The notes below the pieces were generated by a model that did not search any database, was not told the DNA's origin, and saw only the letters and a list, made by a program, of their open reading frames with translations. Shown here piece by piece: positions 40,261 to 55,160 of a stretch of DNA of 64,000 bases (the stretch's first letter is position 1; each line of letters opens with the position of its first letter). Location: assembly GCA_951406725.2 (NCBI GenBank), contig OX597814.1:44268001-44332000 (forward strand), written 5' to 3'. The DNA is from Octopus vulgaris. Its lineage: Eukaryota. The translations under genes were made by a program, and so were the position numbers.

Positions 40261-40589
40261 CATCTTCCACCGTCAATAATGTTTTTGTTGCTGATGTTGT
40301 TCTTGCTGTCGCTGTTGTAGCTGCTTGGCTATTTTTGAGGCTATCGCTGCAGTCATTTCTATCATTGTTGTTATTGTTGACGTTACCGCAATTGTTCTGA
40401 TTGTTGTTATTATTAGTGTTATCTTTCTTTATGTTAATGTTCTCGTATTCCATAATTTTTTCTGTCATCATAGCTATAGGTAGTATGCAAACAGCTGGTG
40501 TGTAATTCGTGGTAAAAGAATCAGCTAATATATACATTATTTCCATTATTTACATTTGACAGATATTTGTCCTCATCTTCTTTGTTGTT

Positions 40590-40635
40590 AACACAACGTT
40601 TCGGCTGGTATACCCTCCAGATTTCATCAGGTATC
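40590..40635 (-). ncRNA. Minimal type I hammerhead motif (Penelope-type)
   Basis: Minus strand GATAC-CTGATGA-AATCTGG(AGGGTATA)CCAGCC-GAAACGTT-GTGTT. Palindromic AACGTT stem III; stem I GAUAC/GUGUU. Confidence 0.6.
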
Positions 40636-40759
40636 TCGGGGAAATTCTTAACCTGGGTTCTCATTCCAAAGATATTTTTCGATGTTATTATTATATAGTT
40701 TAGTGGTTAATAGCTCGGGCAACTAACACCAAGTTTCCGAGTTTGATTCCAAACGGTAA

Positions 40760-40955
<196 letters not shown>

Positions 40956-41504
40956 TCCCCATCGCTTAAATATAGAACTGTAGCTAATATATAATCTCCA
41001 AGTCAGAGAAATCAGTTCCAAACACACCATTTTATATAGTGTAGTAGGCGTTCTTCTGGTATTGCCTTCGTGTTAACATTAAAATTTCGAATAGGGGAAA
41101 TTTTTGGAACAGAGGTGTCCTTTGGAGTCCCAAATTTATTATTTTCCTCTTCACATAAAAAAAAAATAGGAATCCTTATTTAATGAAATTTCCCATTAAT
41201 TAAAATAAAATGAAAGCAACTAACCTTTTACGAGTTTAAGTGAATCACAGCCAAAATAGAACAAAAACAATAATTATTTTCACTATATTATTTTTACATG
41301 GGTGAAATTTGAGCAGAATCTAGTCGTTAATATCTATGTCAGTGCTCGATTGTTAGTTATTTTATCGATCCAAGAGAATGAGCTGCAAAGTCGACCTCGG
41401 CTGCATTTATACTCAGAAAGTAAAAACTAAGAAAATACCTCAAAGCATTTTTCCGGGCCTGTTATTGATTTTCCAAACTAAATGCATTAATATAAATAAC
41501 AATG

Positions 41505-41717
41505 CTTTCTATTATAGGCAAAAGGCCTGAAATATGGAGGGAGGGGAGTTATCGATTATATCGACCTCAGTGTGCTCAACAGATACTTATTTTATCAATC
41601 CCGAAGGACGAAATGCAAAGCTGACCTCGGCGAAATTTGAACTCAGAAGTTAAAAACGGAAGAAATGCCGCTAAGCATTTTTCCTAGCGTGGTAACGATT
41701 CTGCCAGCCTCCCGCCT
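41505..41717 (-). mobile_element. SINE family C, near full length
   Basis: Minus strand GGCGGGAGGCTGGCAGAATCGTTACC..GAGTTCAAATTTCGCCGAGGTCAGCTTTGCATTTCGTCCTTCGGG. Confidence 0.85.
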
Positions 41718-41816
41718 TAATGCTTTCGACCTGCCAAATCACCACCTTGATTATAATCATGACAATAGTAAGAATGAATACGACGACGACAGCGATGATG
41801 ATGATGAAGAAGAAGT

Positions 41817-41866
<50 letters not shown>

Positions 41867-42512
41867 GGTTGGGGGTCGTCGGGGTCATGGTCGTGATGAT
41901 GATGATGATGATGCTTTGAGGGCATACGGGACATTTCTATATTGTTAGTGGGCCAGAAATATGTGATAAACTACCTAGTTTCAAGACACGTTTTTCTCGG
42001 TCAATTATTTCTGTTACATTCAAATTACTTAAATGCTAGGTAACATAGTGCCGCTGAGATTTTAACTGACCCTAAGGGTGGAATTGCTGGTAGTGTCATT
42101 TGTGTTGCACAACAGCGTCACGTTTTATCATCACAAAAATAATCCTGTTTTAGTTTGGCAAAATGAGAGTATCTTGTTATTGCTGTTAATATCAACGATA
42201 TCGATCAAAATCATGTTTTAACTTTTCGCTATTTTCTGTGTAAAATGCGTGTCTTGCTGTGAAATTGAATTTATTCTTTTTGTTTGCATTGTCAATTTTT
42301 TCGTCTTTGCGTAGTTATGTTCATGTATTCATTTTTGTGGAGGCGTCTCTCTGAAGAGAAGCCATCTTTTCAATGAATTACAAACAGAATAATAAGCTTA
42401 TACTAAGAAAAAAAAATGACAGGCCATATGTCTTTTGATTTTCGGACATAATTACCTAGACGTCCAACGCATACCAGGAGGTTTCCTGTTCACGAATTAT
42501 ATCCCCTCCTCA

Positions 42513-42558
<46 letters not shown>

Positions 42559-42680
42559 CTATATTTATATATATTCTTATATATATATATATGTATGTAT
42601 ATAGATAGGTAGGGAGAGAGAGAGAAAGAGGAAGACAGACATACAGTCAGAGAGGCAGATATATAGATAGATAGATAACT

Positions 42681-42711
<31 letters not shown>

Positions 42712-42721
42712 TAGATAGATC

Positions 42722-42763
<42 letters not shown>

Positions 42764-42917
42764 GAACTACTTTTTGGGTATTTTACTTGATAAAGAAAAT
42801 CAAAAATCTTCGAAGTGTGGTGAAGACTCGCGGCAACGTCCATTACTACTACTGCTACTGATACTACTACGACTAGAACTACTCGTAGCAGTAGCAGTAA
42901 CAGCAGCAGCAGCAGCT

Positions 42918-42967
<50 letters not shown>

Positions 42968-43114
42968 GGTGGTGGTGGTGTTGGTGGTGGAAAGGCGAAA
43001 TCGTGCTCGTTGATTTTTAACACAGTATGTAAAAACATCTGAAATGCCAGTAATCATCCTTCCTAGCGTGGTAACTATTCTGCCAGCTCACCTTAATACT
43101 ACTACTACTACTAC

Positions 43115-43193
<79 letters not shown>

Positions 43194-43469
43194 AAGAAGA
43201 AGAAGAAGAAGAAGAAGAAGAAGAAGAGAAAAGCATTAGATAGCTGAAAAGAACGAATGCAAGACTCTAGCAGTTCCAACAAAACCTGTGATAAAGAGAT
43301 AATGATAATCCTTTCTACTATAGAGACAAGCCTGAAATTGTGGCGGAGGTGTTTACTCGATTAAATCAATCACAGTGCGCACTGTTACTCATTTCGTCCT
43401 CGCCGAAAAGATGAAATCCAAAGTCGACCTCCGCGGAATTTGAACTGAGTACGTGCTAAAGATTTTGCC

Positions 43470-43720
43470 TTATGGAGACCTGAGAATTGAAATTGCTAAG
43501 ATGTGGCAGCTACGAGAATCAAACATAGAGGTTGTCCCTATTGTCATCGGAACATTGGGTTCAAAACCACCGAATCTGAAAAAAAAAGCATCTGAAAACT
43601 TTCGAAATACCTTACAATATAGATGTATTACTAAAGTCGGTATTACTTGCAACTGCACGCATATTGCGTAAAGTACGCTCTGCCTAAGGTCCTTGTACTT
43701 GCGAAACGGACAAGCCCCTG
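43470..43720 (+). mobile_element. 3' fragment of an R4/Dong-type retrotransposon
   Basis: YGDLRIEIAKMWQL..VVPIVIGTLGS, the C-terminal part of an RLE domain. Confidence 0.75.
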
Positions 43721-43749
43721 GTAGACACAATATTTTCAATCAACAACAT

Positions 43750-45250
43750 AGATCTATTTGGTATGACACATGTCTGTGTCTCACTTCCCAGAGTATCGAC
43801 GACAAGCGTAACTCCCTTGCTCTCTAACACCTTGGCCACAATCTTGATCTCATGGGCCTGAAGTTGTTAAAATCACCCCCCCCCCCTTGTTCGTGTTCTT
43901 TCTCAGCAGCATCACACCTCTTTTCGCCGGACAGAAAATCTTCCCCTCCCATTGGGAGTTGTGATAGACATCTACCAAGAAATTTCAGAACATATCACGC
44001 ATGTGACGATAAGTTGAGTAGAATATATCATACAGCCCCGGCGACTTATCCATAGAGCAACTTGTATTATTTCTCGTATTTCGTCAGTTGTTATCAGTTT
44101 TTCGCACAATTCTGCATCCCGAGCCGGTATAGGGTGTCGACGCAAGCCGCCAAGTCCACTTCTGCCGCCAGTCAGCTGTTCCCCTCCCTCCACAAAGAAA
44201 ACAACTGAATGAATTACCACTGAAAATTTGCACATATTGGCTTAAAATCGAGTAACTCGCACCCCTTCCGCTCCATCAAAGACCGAATTGTGAGATTGTT
44301 ACTTCGTAGCGCCTCTCCCACCCGGGCCTATGGAAGAGCTTTCGTTCGTTTAGAGTATCCTCCCTAGCTCTGACAACGCAACCTTCATGTGCACCATTGA
44401 AGAATCAGTCGAGGACCAATCTCTCTGCCAGTCGAGGACCAATCTTCTAAGCGCCACAGCTAAACTATTAACTACCTCACTTTCTACTATATAATTCTCT
44501 ATAACTACTTCCTTACCAAACTTATCGGTTCTAATCTAATAACATTTTTCAGGGTTAACTATTATCAGTCGTTGACTACTGACCCTGCCAATTCCCTCTT
44601 AATTACTTCATTAATCTGACTTCCATAAACTTGACGCCAGAAAAGACACGTTAACTGATCAGAAAGTGAGTATCTGTCTATGGAGCTTAACTAGATCGAC
44701 CAGGCAGATCGCAAATTTATGTTCTATGTTCTATATATCCGAGGATTTTGAATTAGGGAAAGCCTGTGTTATCTCTATCTTCTAGCCTGCAGAATACTCT
44801 TTCTTGCTGTTTGCCTATATCATATTTACGTATTCCGGATATGCAGACTACATTCGTCAGTCAGTTGGAAACGACGAAGCAAGGCATTTGCGCCCACTTT
44901 CCATGCAACGAGCTACATACAATCCAGACGGGCATACAAGATGTCATTTCAATTACCTACTAAACCTAAAGAGCGGAAATCCCTAGGAAGACGTCCAAAC
45001 GCTTGAAAAATTCAGCTGCTCTGCCCAAGTCAAAGTAGACACAGCGATTAGACTGAAGAAACCTTTATTTGCTAGTGTTGAAGTCCAGGACTACCAAATG
45101 TATCTCGAGGCCCAGACTTTTGCGCGACGTCACCCCACTCCATTCCGGATCGAGAATGAGATGCAAAGATATCAAAATAGCCAAAAAAATGGACTGAGGC
45201 GCGTGTATTGGAAATTCTGGTCAATCACATCTAAACCAAGGCTTTTACCT
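43750..45250 (-). mobile_element. Degenerate L1/Tx1-clade LINE ORF2 (APE plus start of RT)
   Basis: Broken frames give LVGN*NDILYARLDC, RRFQLTD, VFCRLEDRD (APE), CEKLITTDEIRE, NNFRPM, KIVAKVL, ETQTCVIPNRS. Confidence 0.75.
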
Positions 45251-46264
45251 TATCCTTGCAAGATAATACTCTCTCGTCAGAAGGATCCGATGAGAGTGGG
45301 ATGGAAGAGGATGTATATTTCCGTATGTGTCTATGTGTGTGTGTATGTTTATAAAAGGGTGGGAAGGGGGATAACAGACAGGAAGTTGGGCTGGATATTT
45401 TCCTATATCGATGCTTCTGGTTCTCTTGCGTGTGCTTTTGTAGTTGATGCTGGTCTTGCTGTTGCTACCATTGTTATTGTTACTGCTGTTATTGTTCTCG
45501 TTCCTATTGCTACTATTGCTATTGCTGTTAGTATTGTACGCTTTTACTGTTGTTGGGACTGTTGTGTCGACAATAGTGGGAGCTTCCGCTTGCCTTTTTT
45601 TTTTTTTTTTGGTTTTTGTCTTAGAGCAGAAGTGACCTTCTGAACCTCAAAGTGGGTTCTTGGTTTTCTGTCCTCAATCACAACTTGGAGCTTCGCTTCT
45701 TTCGCCAGGTGGATAAGTCTGAGATATTTTCCACCTCCTCCAGCCTGATCTGGAAGACGCATCTCATTTGAGATGGAATATTTCACAAGATAGACACTCC
45801 ACTTTTCCTTGTACTGAGCACTGAAACATATCCGATAGCAATTCATGCGTTGATCGAGTTAGAAAATTTTTACATGTTCAAGCTCGCTTCTTTTCGTGTA
45901 CACATAACACTGCACAGGCTTACATCTTCTCTGGCCTTCAGTGAACTTGGTAATGCACAGTTTAATTACCTTTATACTCTTGCATGGTTCTATCCGGGGT
46001 TACACTAGGCTGACCACTGCCTGGCGAAGAAAAGGTTGCCAGGCTTAAGTTGCTTCAGAAAATGCTATATATGAAGTGGGTGTTTTATTTTAAAGAACGA
46101 TTGCGAAAAAGTATTGATATTTTCGTTTGTCGTTCTCGTTGTGTCTAGTATCGTTACACTTGTTATTGTTAAATGTGCTGTCATTTACAGTGTTTTTTTT
46201 TTCTGCTGGAATGCTAATACTCTTTAATTTTGCATTATTGGTTTCTTCATGTGTTCCTTTCATC

Positions 46265-46643
46265 TTTTACCGTCCACTTATTTCAGTCATTCGACTGCGG
46301 TTATGCCCTGGCACCAGGTTAGTCGAAGAAATCTAGTATTTATTTTAAGCCTGGCATTAATTCCGTTGGAATCTCTTGCTGTGCAGGGACATAAACAAAT
46401 CAACAACGGTCGTTACGTGGTGGTGGGGACAAACATAAACACAAATGTGTTGAGACAAACACAGACACTCCTTTGTACATGCGAAGAGCTCGTGCAGTTT
46501 CCGTCAACGAAATTCACCCACAAGGCGTCAGTCGTCCTGGGGCTATAGTAGAGGACACTCGCCTCAGATACTGAGCGGGGGAACCGAACCCGAAACGGTG
46601 CAGTTACAAAGCGAGTTTCTAAATCACACAACCTTGCCAGTGC
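46265..46643 (-). mobile_element. SINE family A, diverged
   Basis: Minus strand GGTTCGGTTCCC B box, GAGTGTCCTCTACTATAGCC, TTGACGGAAACTG, TGACTGAAATAAGT tail. Confidence 0.75.
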
Positions 46644-49600
46644 TTTGTTTCGTAGTTGTTAAATATCTCTCTTATAGTCTTCTCCCTAAACAAAACGAAG
46701 GCAATTCACCTTAACATTTCACGGTAAAAAAAATAATATAAGTATTGTTAAAAGACCACCCTATCCTGAAATCCCAGCATCGGATGACATTTGAAACTCT
46801 TCAACAGTCCATAATTGAAATATAATTCTATATGAAAATTATTTCTTGTAGCTGTTTTAACTTGAACGTCGTCTAGAGAAATCGGAACACAGTTTTTAAC
46901 CTCTTATTGTTCATTGCCGTAGCTGCATCTTGAACACATCTTTAAATCTCTTCAACGTTCTGCCTACCCTTTCGTGTAAGAAAGGTTATTGTTGATATAT
47001 TTCTCAGACTCTGAACATCAAATATACTAATAACATCTCTAAAGTGTATGAAAAACAGAAAGAAAGCGTATTTTGTAGTATGAGAGTGAAATAAGTTTTC
47101 AAAATATGTAACATGGTGTTTGATGTACTGACAACAGAAATCCTGTATCACTGATATATTTCATTAGACATATGATTATATCTTACAAGGTATGAGGAAG
47201 CTGATTAAAGGGACTATTACATTTAAACCCATAGGACTTCTATGCAACGTGCATCTCATCTGGGAAATTACAATACAATGGTCATATTTTTCGAGGACCT
47301 CTCAGTAGCCTGTTCGTAGACTTGTTATCAATGCTTTCTATGTAGCAATGTTTTCTATGTAAGGTTCACGAAAGCAATATCTACAAGAAAATTATCGATT
47401 AGTAATATGACAAATAAAATTAGTTTGCTTGTTTTTGAAGATTATAATTATACTGTGTAGTTCCTTGTCACGTAATATGTGGGTGGTTACATAGATTTTC
47501 GTTTATTTTATTTTTTAGATTTACTTACACCTACATATTAACGCTACTTCACTATTATTGCTGACTGTATCTTCTGTAACCACCTTCTGTATAGTTTGCT
47601 TACATTTTGTTATATCTTGATGTTGATTTCGTAGATATTTTTTTCCTATCGTGAAAAACTTAGTAGTTTTCCGGGTTAGATTTTGTACCATTTTGTTAAA
47701 GACACTAATATTAAGGAAATCATAGCTGCCTAAGTTTTATCGATTTTAAATCAAATATGCAGAACGAAAACTTGTATATATATATTTACTACCAAGGACA
47801 TGTATAAGATGTTCTACAGACAAAACAACGGTTCACATGGTGACACACAAAAGCATACAATATATGTGTGTTTGTATGCGTGTAAAATAAAGTGTACGCT
47901 TTGGTGTATGTGTATAAATGTATATGTGTTTGTTTGTGTATGTATTTGTGTGTATGTGCGTGTGTAAAATAAAGCACTTTTGTCTGTGTACGCGTGTGCG
48001 TCTTTATAGGTTATACCAAAATCATTTTGTCTCGGTCAAACAGGTGTCAGGGACTATCTGGTAAGGAGGTGAAAGACGTTACATATAGTGTTATATGTAG
48101 GGAGATAACCAGATAGATAAAACAAAATGGTAGAGGAACAAAGGTGGTGATGGTGGTGGGGGTAATGTTCAAACTGTATGATACGATATTCATAGCTGTG
48201 ATACAGATGGCAACACCGATATTGGTGGGGTAGACATGAAGGAGAGAATGTACTGGAGAAACAGTGTTATGGCGGTGGCGTGGCGATGTATTTAAGCTCA
48301 AAGAGCGTTATCTGTAGGGTATCAATGACAAGCCGTATTCCTGTTGGTTCATTAGATTAAATACCTTTAGTATGGGCAACCAAATTCGAGAAGCGGGCTG
48401 CATGAGACATACTTCACTATCAAGCGACTGGCACTAAAACTCCTACGGGACTTTCTACTCTATTCAAAGTATGTATCTATTAGTGTACTTATATGCTTTT
48501 CTATCTACCTAATTATGTACCACAACAGAATGTAATGCTCAACATCAGGTGTATTTTATTCAGTATGTTCGCGACAAAGACAAGCTGTGAGTATTCAACG
48601 TTCAGTTTATAAATATGTAACTCTGTTTCCGTTTCCGATTGGATTTACTCCAAACACTTTTCTATCTAAACAAATTATGTATTCATTAATAGTAAGTGAA
48701 CTTATAAAAGAATTTATTAGATACACTTCAATTACTATAAAATATTATTAACCTGTTTGTCAAAGAACCTCTCGGTGTCTGTCTACACGTCAAACCGTAT
48801 GTCGAAATACAATTCTCAATCTAAACATCTGCCTATCTCTCAATCACAATGAACCTATGAAAATTCACATGAATTGTTATCTACATCTTAGCCGAGACAA
48901 GTTATGAGTGGCGAGTCTAGACGCTTGTACTTGTGGTTCTTTATTTGTGGTGATCTTGGAGTCAGCGATGTAGGTCACACACACACACATACACACACAT
49001 TCTGAGTAGGCACTTGTAGAGGTTACATATTATGTACATACATATTGTGTGTGTGTGTTCATGTGCGTGTGTTCATGTGTGCGCGTGTGTGCAAGCGTAT
49101 ATATATATATATAGTTAAATGAAAAAAGACAATTGAGAGATGAAAGTTAATTATTTACTATTAACAAATTGGTTCCTGCAGAGTCTGATAGGTCGGCATG
49201 TAACATCTTAAGGTACATCTATATCTGTTTCTGTGTTGGAATTATGCTTGTCACAAATAAATGCAAAGTGAATGCACAAACTTCTAATTTAATTATTGTA
49301 TGCTAGTGGAAACATTCGTAAGAAGTAAAGATTACCAATTTGTTAATAATATATAATTAAGTTTCATCTCTCAATTTTCTTTTCTTCATATAACTATATA
49401 TATATATGTGTGTGTGTGTGTGTATGTGTAAGTGTATATATATATATTTACATAGGTGTATGCATATGTATGTCTTTCTATCTGTCTCTCTCTGTATGTA
49501 TGTATGTATGTATGTATGTATGTCTAAAATAATACAATATATATGCACACTTCCTTCGATAGCTCTACACTGAGAACCTAAATAATTTCAAATGCCTTTC

Positions 49601-50149
49601 AAAAAACCCCAGGTCTAGAAACATATTGACAATGAATGTCTTCATCATTCTGTATGCGAAATGAAGGACAAATATATTGAAATGGCAGGAAATGGCAGCT
49701 CATCTCTAAATACTGTAGCAAAAGAATTACTGTTTAACTTGTACCAACGAGATGCGACAAAATACTTCAGACCTATTACTATCCAACAATTCAACTACTA
49801 TCTGCAACATAATTTATGAAAGATATTTTCTCTGACCAAATAATAGTCTGCAATCTAAATTTCCGGTCTACCAAACCAAAGCAAGCAACTCATTCAAGGA
49901 CAATCATTTGACACCATGAATCAGAGCAAAGTAGTGTGGGAATGAATTAGACATAATTTATTGCTTATCGCTGCCTTCTCCATTACTACATCGTTTGACA
50001 TTGCAGCAGATTGGTAGAAATTTTGATTGCATAATAGCGAACGCTTGTTCAAATGATACCGCAACAAAATTATTTAGCAAACATAGACATAAGATCACAA
50101 ATGAAAGACAAAAGCTCTCATAATAACAATCGAGAAATTAAACAAGAAA

Positions 50150-50900
50150 GCAACCAACTAAATGAAATACTATTACTAGCAGCAGTCACTATCAATATGA
50201 AAAAGAGAACTGCTGTTACAAAAATATGTGCATAACTGCATGAAAACATGCATTAGTAATCAAAAGGCTACATAGAGACACAGGGCCATTCAGAATCAAA
50301 AGTTTTCATTTGATAACAAATATAGAACCACTCCTTCACAGATTACGACAGGTAATAAGAGCACTCTCAACATTGAAAATTTGCAGAAACAATACTGCTC
50401 TGTTCTGAGTGATGCCATTGTGATTGGCTTAAGCATTATCAACACAGTCAGCCAGCAACATTCCATCTCGGACGTAACTTTCACCACCCCAGACATCATA
50501 GCAACAACAAATTGAATTAGGCATCACATTCCGTTGCCTCCGTATGTCTCCTAAAAGAATGCCTACACTTAATTGTATCTATCCTGCGTAGTCTCTGAAG
50601 AAAACCGTTGGCAATATTGAAAAATACTATTCCAATCTCTTTTCTAAGTCTTCGAAAGTGAAACTGATCACTAACGTTTAACTATCGCCTGATCTCAATT
50701 GCCTTCTCATATCATTAAAATTCGAAAGACTTCTGAGGTCAAGAATAACCGACTTCCCGGATAGCAATAATCCCCTTAATACCAACCAACGCGGCGGCAT
50801 TCATTGTGGTAACGACTGCTTAACACATGTCTAACATCTTTGTTTGATTACGTTCTAAATATTTTGGAAGGAAACTCAAACATGGTTAGGCTTTCCATTC
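50150..50900 (+). mobile_element. Old CR1/L2-group LINE RT remnant
   Basis: QKQYCSVL, ISDVTFT, NYRLISIA, ERLLRSRITDF..NNPLNTNQ, NDCLT; parallels 62.8-63.3 kb. Confidence 0.65.
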
Positions 50901-51347
50901 ATAGGACCAGAACATTTCGATGTTGAAACTATCCAAACCTCGGCTTTGTAGGAAGCTGCTGCACAAGATTAGGTGTTATCGGGATGAGTAGAAACTTACT
51001 TGCTTTGATGAAAAGAATCCACTATAACTCTGTATATTTTTACCATGATGTTCTCTACTGTGGTAGACAGATCGTAGTATATATAAATGGCATTACAAGC
51101 ATAGCGGGATAAAAAAAAGCCGAGTATTTTGCAACCAATAGTCACTACCTAATTGGATACAGTATGATAACACAAACATGACCTAATAATAGCTTGCAGA
51201 ACATTTCTAGCTGATGCCATTAATTTAGACATGGCCTGGACCAATAATGGCCAAATGATATCACAGTTTTTATACGGGCATACAAACACATATGCACACA
51301 TACCCATGCACACACACATGTATATATATACAAATATGTATATATAT

Positions 51348-51383
<36 letters not shown>

Positions 51384-52871
51384 TGTATGTGTGTGCTTGT
51401 GTATTTTTATAAACATATGTTGGTCATCAACACGATTTCGAGTATAACCACTTTCCCATTTCTATAACAGTTTTGACGTCTTTTGTCAAGCATCTCGTCT
51501 GTTGCGTCTCTGCCTCGTAAATTCTTTGAAGATATAATTTCCGTCCTGCAATAACACACCTTTTTGCATAAGAGAATGCAATGTACCTGTGCGACATTTG
51601 AAGAAGCATGCAAATATAATCAATTCGTATAAGTCTATTAACATGGTTGCAAGATTGCATTTTGAAAGGCTACGCCATTTCGATGTTCAGCTGTTACTTT
51701 TTAGTATTCGATGAGTAATTTGATTATTTCTGCAACAGCAAGTTACTCCTCCTAGTTTTAGACAGCCGACTACCAATCATTTCGGTTTCTATTCAAAATG
51801 TTCCTGATTAGCAGTGCTGATATTGAAGGACATCAGGCTGTCTTTTGTGACAGCATAAAATATCTTTTGGGAGTTTGTGCTGAGGATGCTTACCGAGAAC
51901 AATTCACGAGTGAAGTAATTATTTCAGAAGACGAAACTGATGAAGTATGGCCTGATCAACGGATGACGATACGTTTGATGAGATGGGCTTCTATGGTTAA
52001 AATATTCCGCCCTTCCAGCACTTATGTATGAGATAAAAAAGATGTTCAACTACTGACAGGTATACGCTTTAAACACTTCAAGCTTATTCTAAGTCCAAAA
52101 GCAGTACAAGCACAGGGAAAGTTAATTATTTTCTGAAAATCTTATTGCGAGTAGTTCATAAAGTTACACGAATCAGGGTGTAACAAATCATGAACTAGAT
52201 ATACGATAGATAAACACCTTCAACTTAGCATTGAACTGTTTTTGATTAAACAGTTTACCTGTGGTATTATACCGAACAAAGATGCCAATTACGGAGAGTA
52301 TAAAGCTGATGATGGCATTTTCTCCTACTTACTACTAATGACCACATGGATCATTTCCAGGAGATAATCTATTTGAGTTCAATAATCCATCATACCAGTG
52401 AGTAAGTTAAACAAATACGAAAAGAAATATTGGAGATCACCTTAACTGACCCAAGGTTTCCCATACATCATTTCTATTCATCACAACATACTCTCTCGTG
52501 ATAAGGAACGCCTCATGCCGAATTTCCTAACAAATACGACCATGCAGTTCGCTCTCACTCTAGTTTTGACGTATCATAACTACAACATCCACTACAGCTA
52601 CCTCGCTGTTTCCAACCACACAAGCAACGATATTCGAAATACTGAGCAGCAGTATAAAGAGTACAGCAGCGACTGTTCTGTTACCACGGACTCTGTCTTA
52701 CGACTTGCTGTCGTTGCCTCTGCTACGACAGAACTTGAAATCCTCAAGGACAGCAACATACCCTAAGTTATCCGACTCTATCTTACACACTGACCTGCAA
52801 ATGTACTCAGTTAACTTCACCACCATCCACACTGCTATGCCACCTGCTACCGCTGCTCCTTCGACTACTAT

Positions 52872-52930
<59 letters not shown>

Positions 52931-54194
52931 ATACTAATACTACTACTAATACTACTACTAATACTAATACTACGATGACGACGACGACTACTACTACTAC
53001 TACTGCTACTATAGAAACCTTTATTATAGACCTATCCGTTTCGTTCATACCACTGGAACTTCAATTTCTAAACCAAGAACCTAACTTTATCTTAACTATC
53101 TCAATGATAACCGTAGACACAGCATAGAAACTAACTTCTACCGGTTAGCTTAGCAATTAAAATGGTTTTCGGGACTAAAACACTTCTCCTTCTCCTCTTC
53201 ATCAGCATCGTCATCATCATCATCATCGTCTACTTTCTCTTCCTCTTTTTTTACTCATTACTATCTCATTTTCCTCCTCTTTCTACTTCTAGGTTTCCCA
53301 CTTACCACCTTGATGACGCACTCGGCCCTCCGGCACACAATTTCAAACTTAAAACTAAACTAGCTACTTACCATTGCGTTTTTAACATCTTATGTAAACC
53401 ACTCCCACCAAGTCCCACATACGCACGACATTCTAATTCTTTAGCTTCCAAAACCTACAATGCAAAACCCTCACCTACTTTCTGCTTCATAAATAAGTCC
53501 ACTTCCAATGAATTAACAATCGAGTATTTTAGTGACACCACGCTATACGAAAAAGCACATAACACACCTAGTCATTTTGTGGCCACTATTAATGCTAGCT
53601 GGGTTTGAGGTAATTTAACATCAACAAATACTTTCTCATCTCTTTCTAGCATTTAGCAAAACCCTACAAACCCGGGTTCAAACTCGTTGGCCGTTATGTT
53701 CATGATGCCATCGGATGGGGTGAGAGTGGATCTGTAGATTACATCCTTCCTGTGGGGCAGGTAGAGTTTCGGGAGTTGTACGTTGTACAGGTGCATGTTT
53801 GCCTGTCTTGTATCCTACAATTTTAGAAGCGATATTATCTAAGCAGGAGTAGCTCATGTAGACGGTATGAGGGTTGAATAGCTTATAGAAGACACACACA
53901 CATACACACCAAAACACACACACACACATACACACAAACACACACACACACACACACAGATATATATATTTTTTTAATTGAACAATGCAATCATTACATC
54001 AATTTAAATGCAGGGCAGTTGATGAAAAATACTAATAAATTTAATAGGAACCACAATCCTTTACAAGCTGTAAAGTGTAGTATATTCTTAGTATCATTAG
54101 TAGCAACATGGAATCTTTCACTCTTCTTGCTCTATTAGAGAATTTGAGTAAAATTATATTAATGTGTCCAACTGATTAAAAATTCCATTTATTT

Positions 54195-54282
54195 ATGCAA
54201 CTGAGGATAGCCCTGCATTTAAAATGATGTAATGATTGCACTGTTCAATTAAAGGGAGCCGCTTGAAACAGTCGTACAGCAT
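54195..54282 (+). ncRNA. Hammerhead motif with expanded stem II loop
   Basis: ATGCAA-CTGAGGA-TAGCCCT..AGGGAGCCGCTT-GAAAC(AGTC)GTA-CAGCAT; stem I only partly paired. Confidence 0.45.
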
Positions 54283-54395
54283 CACCTCTTGCTTATTTTG
54301 AATTCATTCACCTTCCTTATAGTTGTACAGATAATACCGCACTAAATTGGTGCTTCAAATTAAGTGCATAATTCAACTGAATCTCACTTATTTCT

Positions 54396-54426
<31 letters not shown>

Positions 54427-55122
54427 TTAAGTTTAACTAAATATATATAGATTTCCTATAGAATTTAGAGCTATCACTGCAAGTAGCAACGTTTCCCGTA
54501 CTAATACGTACATACAAACAAAGCGATCGACATTACAAAAATAGCTAATGGGTGTATATATACCTGTTTCAAGAGCTATTGTCTTTTCATAACTATCACA
54601 ATCAACCCATCAACTTTCTACGAACGCTTTGCTTAAATACCAATAAGTTTATCTGTGCAACAGAATTGGCTACAGTAATTTCCATATTAAACACTTTCCT
54701 GGCAACTAGTGTTAATAGATAAATTTTAAAATGGAAACATCGCACTGTTAGCACAAAAAGTACGATGCAATATCAACTGGAAAAAAACTCTAATGTACTT
54801 TATAGTATATTATTGCTGAAAAACGAAATATGATGTCCTTGCTAGCAATTAACATACATATATATTATTTTATAAATATCTATACATGCATATATGTATG
54901 TGCAATTACACAGACATATATATATATATATATATATACATATAAATATATATATATATATGTGTGTGTGTGTTTGTGTGTGTGTATGTATTTGTACGTA
55001 CATATATATATATATATATTTGCATATATATATATATATGTGTGTGTGTGTACGTACATATACATATATACATATGTCTGTATTTGTACGTACATATATA
55101 TATATATATATACACACATATG

Positions 55123-55160
<38 letters not shown>

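Noticed and set aside
51420-52000. Possible piggyBac transposase relic (minus strand)
   Set aside because: Only vague similarity; no TIR or TTAA boundary could be supported.
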